Part shown: positions 17,051 to 26,349 of the stretch, piece after piece | Layout of the letters: each line of letters starts with the position of its first letter | How positions within the stretch are numbered: the stretch's first letter is position 1 | From: Candidatus Latescibacterota bacterium | Lineage (GTDB): Bacteria > Latescibacterota > UBA2968 > UBA8231 | Reading direction: 5' to 3' | Assembly: GCA_965242865.1 (NCBI GenBank) | Contig: CBDETK010000013.1 | Location: 3,424,001-3,488,000, forward strand | Length of the DNA stretch: 64,000 nt | Notes under the pieces: generated by a model | Told to the model about the DNA's origin: nothing | Seen by the model: the letters and a program-made list of their open reading frames with translations, nothing else | The model's database searches: none | Program-made: the position numbers and the translations under genes

Positions 17051-19975
17051 TTGATCTGCGACGCCGAGGGTATCGCCGAGCACATCCGCTTTCTCAAACG
17101 CCGCATCTTGGGCCATGAGGTCGTCCATCACCAGACCTTGCCGGCGCGGCCGGCGCGCCTAGTCCGCGACGTATCGAGCCTGCCGCCGGCCCTAGCCCGC
17201 ATCCTCGAAATCGCCCGCATTCCCGCGCTCTATACGCACCAAGCCGAGGGCATCCAAAAAGTGCTCGCCGGCCAGCACTTGGCCATGGCCACGCCCACGG
17301 CTTCGGGTAAGACCTTGGTGTACAACGCACCCGTACTGACCACATTGCTCGACGACCCAGCCGCGCACGCGCTCTACATCTTCCCGCTCAAGGCCCTAGA
17401 GCAGGATCAGTTCGACGAGTTAAGCGGCCTAATGCAGGGCTTGGGCGGCGCGTTGCAAGCGGCTATTTACGATGGCGACACCCCCGCCCACCGCCGTCGG
17501 CAAATTCGCACCAAGCCGCCGCAGGTGCTCTTCACCACGCCGGACATGCTGCACTCGGGCATCCTCGCCTTCCACGAGGCTTGGGCCGGTTTTTTCGCTC
17601 GCCTGCGCTTTGTGGTCATCGACGAATTGCACGCGTACAGCGGCGTCTTTGGCTCCCACGTGCTGCACCTTTTTCGCCGCTTGAACCGCATCTGCGCCCA
17701 CTACGGGGCCGATCCCGTGTACATCACCAGCTCGGCGACGATGGGCAATCCCCGCGAGCTGGCGGGCGAGCTGCTCAACCGCTCCTTTTGCGCGATTGAG
17801 GACCACGGCGCGCCGGCCGCAGCGCGCCACTTCGTGTTCGTCAACCCAAGCGAAAGCCCCAACACCCTCGCGGCGCACGTGTTGCGGGCCAGCGTGCTCA
17901 GGGACTACCGCACGATAGTCTTTACCCGCGCCCGCATCACCACCGAGCTCGTGTACCGCTGGGCCACCCAGAGCCGCCCAGACTTGCGGGAGCAAATCTC
18001 CTCGTATCGCGCTGGCTATTTGCCCGGCGAGCGCCGCCAGATTGAGCAGGCTCTCAACGCCGGCGAGCTCAAGGGCGTGGTGGCCACGTCGGCCTTGGAG
18101 TTGGGCATTGACATCGGCGGCTTGGATATTTGCGTGTTGGTTGGGTATCCCGGGTCGATCATCAACACTTGGCAGCGCGCCGGCCGCGTGGGGCGGGCGG
18201 GCCGCGAGTCCCTAATCCTCCTCATCGCGTCGCCCGACGCGCTCGACCAGTATTTTATGCGGCACCCGAGGGAATTTTTTGCCCGCGATTTAGAGGACGC
18301 CGTAGTGGACCCGACGAATCAGTACATCCTCAAAAACCACCTCGCGTGTGCCGCGCGCGAGCTGCCCCTCGCGGCCGGCGAACCCGAGTACGCGCTGCCC
18401 AACTATCGGGCGACCATTGACGCGCTAACCGAGGAAGGGGTGCTGCTGCAGAATGCCGAGGGCGACGCTTGGTTTGCCGCCCGCAAGCAGCCGCACCGCT
18501 TGGTCAACATGCGCACCATCGGGGAGTCGTATCGCATCGTCGATCGCGACCACAACCCGATCGGCACGGTCAGCGGCGGCCAAGTGTATGGCGAGTGCTA
18601 CAAGGGCGCGATTTACCTGCATCGCGGCCGCCAGTACGAGATCGGCGATCGCCATCCCCAGCAGGGCCAGATTTACGCCGAGGAAGTACACGTGACGTAC
18701 TTTACCCGCGCCCGCACGGAAAAGGACACCGAGATATTAGAGGAATTGCGCTCGCGGCCGTTGCCGGGCTTTATGGCGCGGCTGGGCCGGCTCAAGGTCA
18801 GCTCGCAAGTGGTGGGCTACGAAAAGATCCGCGTCGGCGACCAAGTCGTCCTCAGCAAACACCCCCTAGAGTCGCCGGTGGAGCACGTTGAGACCGTCGG
18901 CTTCTGGATCGAACTCGACGCCCACTTCAAGGCCGACCTCAGCCGCCACCAATACCACTACATGGGCTCGATCCACGCCATTGAACACGCCGTGAAGTCG
19001 CTTTTCCCGCTGCTGGCCTTGTGCGACCGCACGGATGTCGGCGGAATTTGCTATCCCCAGCACCCCCAGCTCGGCAAGGGCGCGATTTTCGTGTACGACT
19101 ATCACCCCGGCGGCATTGGCCTCGCAGAAAAGGGCTTTGCCCAGCTCGACCGCCTCTTGGACCTGACGCGGGCCCTGGTCGAAACCTGCGATTGCCCGCT
19201 CGGCTGCCCCTCTTGCATTCACTTTCCCACCTGCGGCGCGGGCAACGTTCCCCTCGACAAGGCCGGCGCGATCCACCTGCTCGGCGTGCTCACGGGCCGC
19301 CGGGCCATTGAGCACGCGCCGGCCCCAGCCGAGGTCGCAGACGCCCCGCCGCTGTTCGCCGCGTGGGAAGAACGAGAAAGCGCGGCCGACGAGCCGCCCG
19401 AGCAAGGCCCGCACGTGGTCGTGTTCGACCTCGAAACCCAGCGCTCGGCCGCCGAAGTCGGCGGCTGGAACAAAGCCTACATGATGGGCATGTCGGTCGG
19501 CGTGGTGTGGGACAGCCGCGAGCAGGTTTGCACCTCGTATTTTGAGCAAGACATGGACCGGCTCTTAGCACACTTACAGGCGGCCGATTTGATCGTCGGC
19601 TTCAACATCGTGGGCTTTGACTATTCGGTCTTGCGCGGGTACAGCCCATTCGACTTCCGCCAGCTCAACACGCTCGATATTCTGCGCGAGGTTCACCAGC
19701 GGCTGCGCTACCGAGTGAGCCTCGACGCACTCGGCCGGGCCACGCTCGACGCGCCGAAGAGCGCCGATGGGCTCGACGCGCTTAGGTGGTTCAAACAGGG
19801 GCGGCTGGACTTGATTGCCGAGTACTGCCAAAAGGACGTAGAACTGACCCGCGACCTGTTCTACTTTGGGCTGCGCGAAAACTACCTGCTCTTCGACCGC
19901 AAAAACGAGGGCCGAATGCGCATTCCGATCGCGTGGAAGTTGGAGGAGCTGGTGCGCCGAGGGCAGGCACTCTGA
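17051..19975 (+). CDS. MrfA/YprA-like DEAH helicase (DUF1998 Zn domain) fused to a C-terminal YprB/RNase_H_2-like exonuclease
   Basis: TPTASGKT, DELH, SSAT, ELGIDIG, QRAGRVGR, CDCPLGCPSC; then FDLETQ...GFNIVGFD...YCQKDV. Confidence 0.9.
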   Translation: MICDAEGIAEHIRFLKRRILGHEVVHHQTLPARPARLVRDVSSLPPALARILEIARIPALYTHQAEGIQKVLAGQHLAMATPTASGKTLVYNAPVLTTLLDDPAAHALYIFPLKALEQDQFDELSGLMQGLGGALQAAIYDGDTPAHRRRQIRTKPPQVLFTTPDMLHSGILAFHEAWAGFFARLRFVVIDELHAYSGVFGSHVLHLFRRLNRICAHYGADPVYITSSATMGNPRELAGELLNRSFCAIEDHGAPAAARHFVFVNPSESPNTLAAHVLRASVLRDYRTIVFTRARITTELVYRWATQSRPDLREQISSYRAGYLPGERRQIEQALNAGELKGVVATSALELGIDIGGLDICVLVGYPGSIINTWQRAGRVGRAGRESLILLIASPDALDQYFMRHPREFFARDLEDAVVDPTNQYILKNHLACAARELPLAAGEPEYALPNYRATIDALTEEGVLLQNAEGDAWFAARKQPHRLVNMRTIGESYRIVDRDHNPIGTVSGGQVYGECYKGAIYLHRGRQYEIGDRHPQQGQIYAEEVHVTYFTRARTEKDTEILEELRSRPLPGFMARLGRLKVSSQVVGYEKIRVGDQVVLSKHPLESPVEHVETVGFWIELDAHFKADLSRHQYHYMGSIHAIEHAVKSLFPLLALCDRTDVGGICYPQHPQLGKGAIFVYDYHPGGIGLAEKGFAQLDRLLDLTRALVETCDCPLGCPSCIHFPTCGAGNVPLDKAGAIHLLGVLTGRRAIEHAPAPAEVADAPPLFAAWEERESAADEPPEQGPHVVVFDLETQRSAAEVGGWNKAYMMGMSVGVVWDSREQVCTSYFEQDMDRLLAHLQAADLIVGFNIVGFDYSVLRGYSPFDFRQLNTLDILREVHQRLRYRVSLDALGRATLDAPKSADGLDALRWFKQGRLDLIAEYCQKDVELTRDLFYFGLRENYLLFDRKNEGRMRIPIAWKLEELVRRGQAL

Positions 19976-20015
19976 CCTACCGAAGGAAATTGTTACCATT
20001 AAGCAGGAGGAAGAT

Positions 20016-20258
20016 ATGGAAGCTCTTATACAGAAATGGGGCAATAGTTTGGCTCTGCGTATTCCTCAATCGCTCGCTACCCAGATTGGGATTGAACCCA
20101 ATTCACCAGTCGAATTGTCGCTTCGCGGTGCAGAATTGATCATTGCGCCTGTGAGTACGCCCGGTTTGAAACTGGACGACCTTTTAGCTCAAGTAACCGA
20201 GGACAACTTGCACGGCGAAATAGATACCGGACAGGCGGTGGGTGCGGCGATCCATTAA
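20016..20258 (+). CDS. AbrB/MazE-family antitoxin, no adjacent toxin
   Basis: IQKWGNSLALRIP...LDDLLAQVTEDNLHGEIDTG; AGGAGG RBS. Confidence 0.88.
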   Translation: MEALIQKWGNSLALRIPQSLATQIGIEPNSPVELSLRGAELIIAPVSTPGLKLDDLLAQVTEDNLHGEIDTGQAVGAAIH

Positions 20259-20268
20259 ACAGGCCATG

Positions 20269-20294
20269 AATTCCCAATTCCCAATTCCCAATTT
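20269..20294 (+). repeat. Tandem heptamer (AATTCCC)x3 plus AATTT
   Basis: Read directly: aattccc aattccc aattccc aattt. Confidence 0.85.
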
Positions 20295-20308
20295 AGAAAG
20301 GCGTTTAG

Positions 20309-21526
20309 ATGAAAATCACGGATCTCAAATGCGCGGTTATCGGCAACAACCCGGTCGTGCGCATCAATACCGACGAGGGCCTCTACGGGCTCGGGCAAGT
20401 CGAGGCGAGCAAGCCTTACCTCAAGCCCCACGTGCTGTTCTACAAGGACTTTATCCTCGGCCAAGACCCAACTGATGTCGAGCGAGTGATGCTCAACATC
20501 CGGCGCTTGGGCAGCTTCAAGCCTTGGGGCAGCGCGGTCAGCGCGATTGAAATGGCGTTGTGGGACATTGCCGGTAAGGCCGTAGGAGTGCCGGTGTACA
20601 AGCTGCTCGGCGGCAAAATCCGCGACCAAGTGCGGGTGTACAACGGCGCAGTGCGCTTCCCCATGCCGGGCGGACAGCCACCTGCGGCGGGCGGACGGCC
20701 GCCCGAGGACTACGCGGCCAACATGCAGCGCATGATCGACGCGCCGCAGAAGTTCAGCATCATCAAGCAAGGGCTCGCCTTCCACGGCGGGCGGATCTCC
20801 GAGGTGCCCAAGCATTTCTACGGCACCCACCAAGCCGGCCCGTTCCACGCCAATCGCGGCCCCTTGAGCGAACGCGGCCTCAACCACATCGTCGATTGCA
20901 TCCGGGCGATGAAGGAAGTCTGCGGCGACGCGATCGGCTTGGCGCTCGACCTAGGACCGGGCTTTCTCGTGCCCGACGCGCTGCGCTTGGCTCGGGCGGT
21001 TGAAGACCTCAACGTGGCTTGGCTGGAGGACATGCTCACCGGCGATTACGTCCCGTACGTTTCGGCCGATCACTACCGAGAGGTCACCCAGAGCACCTCG
21101 ACCCCGATCCACACCGGCGAGCAGATTTACTTGCGGCACAATTTTCAGGAGCTGATCGAGAAGCGCACCGTTGACATCATCGGCCCGGACCCCTGCGACA
21201 TCGGCGGGATTGCCGAGCTCAAGTGGGTGGCCGAATACGCCGACCTGCACGGCATTCTCATGGCCCCGCACGGCACGGGCGACGGCCTGTTGGGCTTGGC
21301 GGCCTTGGTGCAGGTGGCGGCAACGCTGCCGCAAAACTACCTCGCGTTTGAATACCCGACCGGCCAGCCCGAGTGGTGGTACGACATCGTCGAGGGCTTG
21401 CCCGACCCGATTGTGGTCGATAGCCACATCGCCGTTTGGGACGCGCCCGGGATGGGCGTCGATCTAATCGCCGAAGAAGCGCGCCGCTACCTGCGCGAGG
21501 AAGACGCCGACTTTTTTGACTTATAA
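20309..21526 (+). CDS. Mandelate racemase/muconate lactonizing (enolase superfamily) enzyme
   Basis: SAIEMALWDIAGK..VPVYKLLGG, WLED, TGE, APH. Confidence 0.9.
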   Translation: MKITDLKCAVIGNNPVVRINTDEGLYGLGQVEASKPYLKPHVLFYKDFILGQDPTDVERVMLNIRRLGSFKPWGSAVSAIEMALWDIAGKAVGVPVYKLLGGKIRDQVRVYNGAVRFPMPGGQPPAAGGRPPEDYAANMQRMIDAPQKFSIIKQGLAFHGGRISEVPKHFYGTHQAGPFHANRGPLSERGLNHIVDCIRAMKEVCGDAIGLALDLGPGFLVPDALRLARAVEDLNVAWLEDMLTGDYVPYVSADHYREVTQSTSTPIHTGEQIYLRHNFQELIEKRTVDIIGPDPCDIGGIAELKWVAEYADLHGILMAPHGTGDGLLGLAALVQVAATLPQNYLAFEYPTGQPEWWYDIVEGLPDPIVVDSHIAVWDAPGMGVDLIAEEARRYLREEDADFFDL

Positions 21527-21542
21527 ACTAGAAAGGAAAGGC

Positions 21543-22511
21543 ATGCGTGCGGCCCAGTTAGTCGCCCCGCGTCAGTGGGAACTCATCGAGACGGCCAAAC
21601 CCCAGCCGGCCGCCGACCAGATGCTCGTAAAAATGGAGCGGGTCGCGGTCTGCGGCAGCGACAAGCCGCCGTTTTGCGGCGTCCACAAGCACTATCCGCA
21701 GCCGCCCGGGGCCACCGGGCACGAAGGCTTGGGCGTGGTTGAAGCCTGCCCCTCGGGTCGCTATCGGGAGGGCGAGCGGGTGCTGTTGTGGGGATTTGAC
21801 CGCGGGCTTTTCCAAGAATACGTCCTCGCCAAGGACGACGGCAACTGCATCCGGCTGCCCGGCGACCTGCCGGCGGAAAAGGTGCTGATGAGCCAGCTTT
21901 TGGGCACGGTGATTCACAGCTTTTACAAGCTGGGCAACATCATCAACCGCGATGTGGTCGTGCTGGGCCAAGGGCCGGTGGGACTGCTGTTCAACGCGGT
22001 GCTGCGCAACCTCGGCGCCCGGCGCATCGTGGCGATCGATCTGCTGCCCTATCGCTTGGCGGTGGGCCAGCGAATGGGGGCCACGCACGCGATTTGCTCG
22101 GCGTCTCAGGACCCAATAGCGGCGGTGGCCGAGATCACCGGCGGCGCCATGGCCGGTCTCGCCGTTGAGGCCGTGGGCGTTGCCGAGAGCCTCGGCCTCG
22201 TGCCGGCCCTCTGCCAACGCAATGCCGAGGTGATCTGCTTTGGCGTCCCAGACAAGGAGGACGCCGAGGGCCTGATGTCCGTCAAGATGTTGGACCTGTT
22301 GCGCCAAGAGCTGCGCTTGGTTTTTTCCATTGGCCCCAATCCCGACCGCGACTACCGGCCCGCGCTCGACTGGATCGTCCAAGGACGCATTGACGTCGCT
22401 CCGATTGTCAGCCACGTCTTGCCCTTTGCCGCGATCCAGCAAGCCTTTGCCATGGCCTTTGACGATCCCGAGCCGCACCAAGCCCTGAAGGTCGTGCTCA
22501 AATTCCCCTAA
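21543..22511 (+). CDS. Zinc-binding (MDR) dehydrogenase
   Basis: VCGSD, GHEG, GQGPVG. Confidence 0.88.
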   Translation: MRAAQLVAPRQWELIETAKPQPAADQMLVKMERVAVCGSDKPPFCGVHKHYPQPPGATGHEGLGVVEACPSGRYREGERVLLWGFDRGLFQEYVLAKDDGNCIRLPGDLPAEKVLMSQLLGTVIHSFYKLGNIINRDVVVLGQGPVGLLFNAVLRNLGARRIVAIDLLPYRLAVGQRMGATHAICSASQDPIAAVAEITGGAMAGLAVEAVGVAESLGLVPALCQRNAEVICFGVPDKEDAEGLMSVKMLDLLRQELRLVFSIGPNPDRDYRPALDWIVQGRIDVAPIVSHVLPFAAIQQAFAMAFDDPEPHQALKVVLKFP

Positions 22512-22607
22512 TTCTGAGCGGAAACTGGATCGGCGATCTCCATCGATCACGCCTTAGTCGAATACCGCTGAAAACCCGCCAAGTTGGTTTTTGGCCCTAA
22601 TTGGGGC

Positions 22608-22787
22608 TTAATAAAGTGATTGGTTCCACTCTCTACCAAGACGTTCAGCAAATGTCCCGTCTTTCTCGTCGCCCCCCATCGCTCTCACTGCCGCGGCGAT
22701 ACCTAACACTAGAAAAAGGATCGCCACTGGTGGTAGTGGTAGTGTCGCGAAGGCGAGTATGACAAGAATAATAGTGAGGCATCCCAT
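22608..22787 (-). CDS. Small 59-aa two-helix membrane protein (not in ORF track)
   Basis: MGCLTIILVILAFATLPLPPVAILFLVLGIAAAVRAMGGDEKDGTFAERLGREWNQSLY*; GGAGG 7 nt before ATG. Confidence 0.6.
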   Translation of the reverse strand: MGCLTIILVILAFATLPLPPVAILFLVLGIAAAVRAMGGDEKDGTFAERLGREWNQSLY

Positions 22788-22826
22788 TGATTTGCCTCCG
22801 AATTTTCGGAGCTATTTAACAAGGTA

Positions 22827-23654
22827 TCAAAACGCTTCGTTCACCATCAGTTTGTAGAAACGCGCCTCCACGGCCCTCAAACGATCTTGGTAAAGCTTTT
22901 TGTCCGTTGGGCCGGTTGAATCAAAAACTCTCACGAAAAATCGGCACTTTTTCGATTTAGACCACTCAAACAATTCAGATGTTGAAGAAAGAAAAAGTTG
23001 TTCTGAGACGTCCTGATCCAAGACGATGTTTTGCACGGGTAGCGTCTGCCGTTCGTCCGCTCGCTGCGGCAGGTCGGTCTCCCGCACGACGAGGCCGGCG
23101 GGCGTCAGGTTCACGTCGTATATGTATTCAATGGTTCCGTCGTCGAGCGTCCAGCAGGATGGCACTTCGGTCCCTTTGCCGGCTGAGTATTCCCGCACCA
23201 GTTCCAACAGCTTTTCTACATTCCTCTCGCCAGCCGGTAGAAGCTCCCGAATGGTTGAGTACTCGTGTCCCATTTCTAGCGTGTTTATTATGGCTTCTGG
23301 CTCGGACAAGAATCCGGCCGCTTCTGCGGTACTCTGAAGATTTGCAAGCTGTTGCTTTGTATCGCGGAGAAGTACTAGCTCCCGCTGTAATTCATCAATG
23401 TTCTTACCACCATCTGGCAGTATTTCTTGGATGGCGGCAAACTGCGCCTCAAGTTGCGTCTCAAGTAGGGTGATTGTTTCTTGGCGTTCTTCTGCGACGC
23501 GCTCGGCTTCTTTCTGCTTCTCTTGTTGGCGCACCAGCAAGGCGGCAAAAGCGAGTAGTAGAACGAAGATGATGAGAATGGCGATCTCAGCCATGGTGAG
23601 GCCGAGAATAAGACCTCGCCGATAGGCGGAGGTCTGCTTTTCAAGGTTTGCCAT
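22827..23654 (-). CDS. Hypothetical single-TM coiled-coil protein (MotB/ZorB-like architecture, family unassigned)
   Basis: N-terminal TM GLILGLTMAEIAILIIFVLLLAFAALLV, coiled coil, C-terminal globular domain with two Cys. Confidence 0.6.
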   Translation of the reverse strand: MANLEKQTSAYRRGLILGLTMAEIAILIIFVLLLAFAALLVRQQEKQKEAERVAEERQETITLLETQLEAQFAAIQEILPDGGKNIDELQRELVLLRDTKQQLANLQSTAEAAGFLSEPEAIINTLEMGHEYSTIRELLPAGERNVEKLLELVREYSAGKGTEVPSCWTLDDGTIEYIYDVNLTPAGLVVRETDLPQRADERQTLPVQNIVLDQDVSEQLFLSSTSELFEWSKSKKCRFFVRVFDSTGPTDKKLYQDRLRAVEARFYKLMVNEAF

Positions 23655-24244
23655 CTTGACGGGCTAGCCATCCCCCAAAACGCGAGGAACTGGCGTGTAG
23701 TTCTTGTTTGTTCATGCTTGTCTCTGGGGATAGTATTTCTGTCGGAACCTGCACATTGTTGAGTCGGTTGGCGAGATTTTCTCCGGCCTTGCTGATTTGT
23801 TCGGCTCCGATTTCAAGGCTCTGTATGGAGGGACGTAGAAGTTGTTCAAGGAGGTCTTCGGGCACTTGCAAATGGTTGATTTTATCAACGAGGTCGCTCG
23901 CGGCCACTGACTCCGAAATAGCTTGTATCGCACCTACGCTAGCAGATACTGCGTCCGAACTGGCTTTTAATGCACTGTCGAGATTCGACACTTGTGCGTT
24001 GAGATCGGATACGGTATTGACGAAACTATCGAGGTTGACCTGCAACTGCTCGCCGTTATTTCTCGATAAATAGCCCTAGTTCGTTGCCCTTTGCCAGAAA
24101 GGATGCATTGCCTAAGGTCTCAATGAGAAAGAGCACGGCGAGGATACCTCCCCAAAATACCTTGTGTTCCTTGCCATGCCTACTCGCGTCTCGGTGCAGT
24201 GAATATAGTATAGCGAGCACCTCAACTAACTGGTATCGCAACAC
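23641..24244 (-). pseudogene. Fragments of membrane/coiled-coil genes, probably joined by a deletion
   Basis: TM-like fragment FWGGILAVLFLIETLGNASFLAKGNELGL stops at 24056; an out-of-frame heptad-rich fragment (23641-24045) lacks a good start or RBS. Confidence 0.45.
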
Positions 24245-25182
24245 TCAGTTCTTGAATTACCAGATGCTATTTGTATGGCACCGTTTTTCTTTTGATACTC
24301 AAAAGTATCAAGCAAGAATTTACATATTGTAGATACTGAATTTACCGCTAGCTCGGCATGATGCTTCGCCGGTTTATATGATCTTGGATGAGCATCGCTC
24401 ATTTTATTACGTATAGATGCTATACCTGAAACAATTGTTACTATTCCTCTTAGTAACTGTTTCAGGCTATCAGAAATATCTTTACGATCTGGGTCTAAGT
24501 TTAGCAATCTCTGAACTCGCTTGTATAGTTGGTTTATGTTACCATCATATTTTTGACTATCAGATGTAATTTGAAGCTCAATATACTGTAAAACTGACTC
24601 TAATAGAGACCTAGAATTTGTAATTGCACCATCATAGTCAGATGACTCAATTTTGCTTTTACACTTAGAAATCTGCTCTCTTATAAAATCGATATTAGGT
24701 GCATTGTTATTAAGAATTGCATGTTCAATTACTATAATGTCTTTATCTAAAGAAATTAGTCTATACTTATTTGACTCTAAAGTTAATTTATATCCATCGT
24801 ACTCTAAGTACTGGTTTATATAATCAACAGCTTCCTCAACAGAAAAATCTGTACCGAAGAAATTCCTTGGGTCAACGGCATTTTCAATTAGGTCCTTAAA
24901 GACTGTTTTGCCGTTCAGTTCAGCTAATCGATGTTGCGTGTACTGCCATCTGGAAGGAAATCCTTGACCATATTCATCATATTCACCATGCTGATTAAAG
25001 TAGTCAACCAAGTCTGGGCCAGAACGATAAGGTGCAAAGGATCGCCCAGAAGGAATTTTATCACCAGTGATTAGTTTCTCGAGAGCTTCTATCGTCTCAC
25101 GAACTACTTTAACGTTATTCAATTTCGCATCCTTTGTCTCTGTGACACATAACTCTAACAAGGAATTATACTGCGTACTCAC
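24226..25182 (-). CDS. Abortive-infection family protein (AbiJ-like N-terminal domain plus Abi_C/HEPN)
   Basis: PYRSGPDLVDYFN..YGQGFPSRW; YDGAITNSRSLLE; RNKMSDAH HEPN-like motif; AT-rich; start uncertain. Confidence 0.8.
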   Translation of the reverse strand: MSTQYNSLLELCVTETKDAKLNNVKVVRETIEALEKLITGDKIPSGRSFAPYRSGPDLVDYFNQHGEYDEYGQGFPSRWQYTQHRLAELNGKTVFKDLIENAVDPRNFFGTDFSVEEAVDYINQYLEYDGYKLTLESNKYRLISLDKDIIVIEHAILNNNAPNIDFIREQISKCKSKIESSDYDGAITNSRSLLESVLQYIELQITSDSQKYDGNINQLYKRVQRLLNLDPDRKDISDSLKQLLRGIVTIVSGIASIRNKMSDAHPRSYKPAKHHAELAVNSVSTICKFLLDTFEYQKKNGAIQIASGNSRTECCDTS

Positions 25183-25256
25183 TAGCGTAGCAGATTCTTA
25201 GTTTTTTTCATAATATACTTTGATTTATAAAGAGTGGACAAGATCTCTAAACCAAA

Positions 25257-26336
25257 TCATATAAATTCCCGCAGATTAATCTTCTTCATTTCTTTCTTAA
25301 TGTATGTCAAGCTCTGACTATTGGATAAATCCAGTATGGGATGCTTAAAGCCAATTTTTTCCTTTAATATCTCTGCTACTTCTTTAGTCCAGTGAGTCAT
25401 ACTCATTTGAACGATATCACCATTAATTTTTTTGGCCATTTCGGATATTCGACTGCCTTCGCCGATTCTATCTACTAGAATGATTGTTGACATATAATGT
25501 AATTGTCTGCCAAATTCCATTTCTTTTTCAAATCTAGATACTTTATCCAATGAGATTTCCGTATTTCCTGGTCCAATAAAGCCAATATCGAATCGTACAC
25601 CAACTCCTGGCTTGTATAAAAGAGTAGCATCACTCTCTCGTTTTTCTCCTCTGTCAGATAGCCAGAAAACTTTGTTGATCTCGTCAGTGTTTTTGGAATC
25701 AATTTTTTGAAATCCTAATAATGACAGCAAAGACCCCAATAGAAGTTTCTCGAATAACTTACCGTACATTGATTTTTCTGATCCTCTGATTGCTAGAGTT
25801 TGAGTACCAATCGCAGCAAAAAGATAAAGAATGAAGAGCCAACTTACTTTACAATCTATGTCTCGAATCTTCAAATAGCCTTCGAGTTCTCCATAGTCAA
25901 CCTTACATTTATTCGCAGATTGTTTAAGGGATTCCTCAAGATCATTGAGGTAATTATCAAACTCGTCACTTTCACTTCTCAGCACATTCTGGATACTTTT
26001 TTCCGTTAGTCCAATACACCATTGCAAAAATAATTTCTTTTCATTTGAAATGTCTGAGTTTAGCTCCATTTTTACAATCTCTGGAAGTTTATCGACAAAA
26101 TTCTCGATACCGTGACTGGATTTAAGAAATGTTGTAAATAGTGCTGCGTTTGAAAGCGTCAACCTTCTCCTAGTCAATCCTTCAGTTAGGGAACGGATGT
26201 TTCCTCCGCATAGTACAGAGGTGACAACTTCCTTGATTATATCCTCGCCAATCCTATCAATTACTTCAACTCCTTTGTATTTGGCGAGTGCCTCACCTAT
26301 ACGGGGGATATTTTTCGATATTTTCTCGTAGGTCAT
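25257..26336 (-). CDS. CfrBI-family type II restriction endonuclease
   Basis: TLAIRGSEKSMYGKLFEKL, RESDATL, RFDIGFIG.GNTEISLDKVSRF; adjacent MTase. Confidence 0.75.
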   Translation of the reverse strand: MTYEKISKNIPRIGEALAKYKGVEVIDRIGEDIIKEVVTSVLCGGNIRSLTEGLTRRRLTLSNAALFTTFLKSSHGIENFVDKLPEIVKMELNSDISNEKKLFLQWCIGLTEKSIQNVLRSESDEFDNYLNDLEESLKQSANKCKVDYGELEGYLKIRDIDCKVSWLFILYLFAAIGTQTLAIRGSEKSMYGKLFEKLLLGSLLSLLGFQKIDSKNTDEINKVFWLSDRGEKRESDATLLYKPGVGVRFDIGFIGPGNTEISLDKVSRFEKEMEFGRQLHYMSTIILVDRIGEGSRISEMAKKINGDIVQMSMTHWTKEVAEILKEKIGFKHPILDLSNSQSLTYIKKEMKKINLREFI

Positions 26337-26349
26337 TTGTCTTTCCAGT

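Noticed and set aside
20269-20294. Repeat as a CRISPR or REP element
   Set aside because: Simple tandem heptamer with no spacers and no cas genes.
22827-24244. Calling this locus Zorya
   Set aside because: No intact ZorA/MotA TM domain, no OmpA-like motif and no ZorC/D/E genes; kept only as an architectural analogy.
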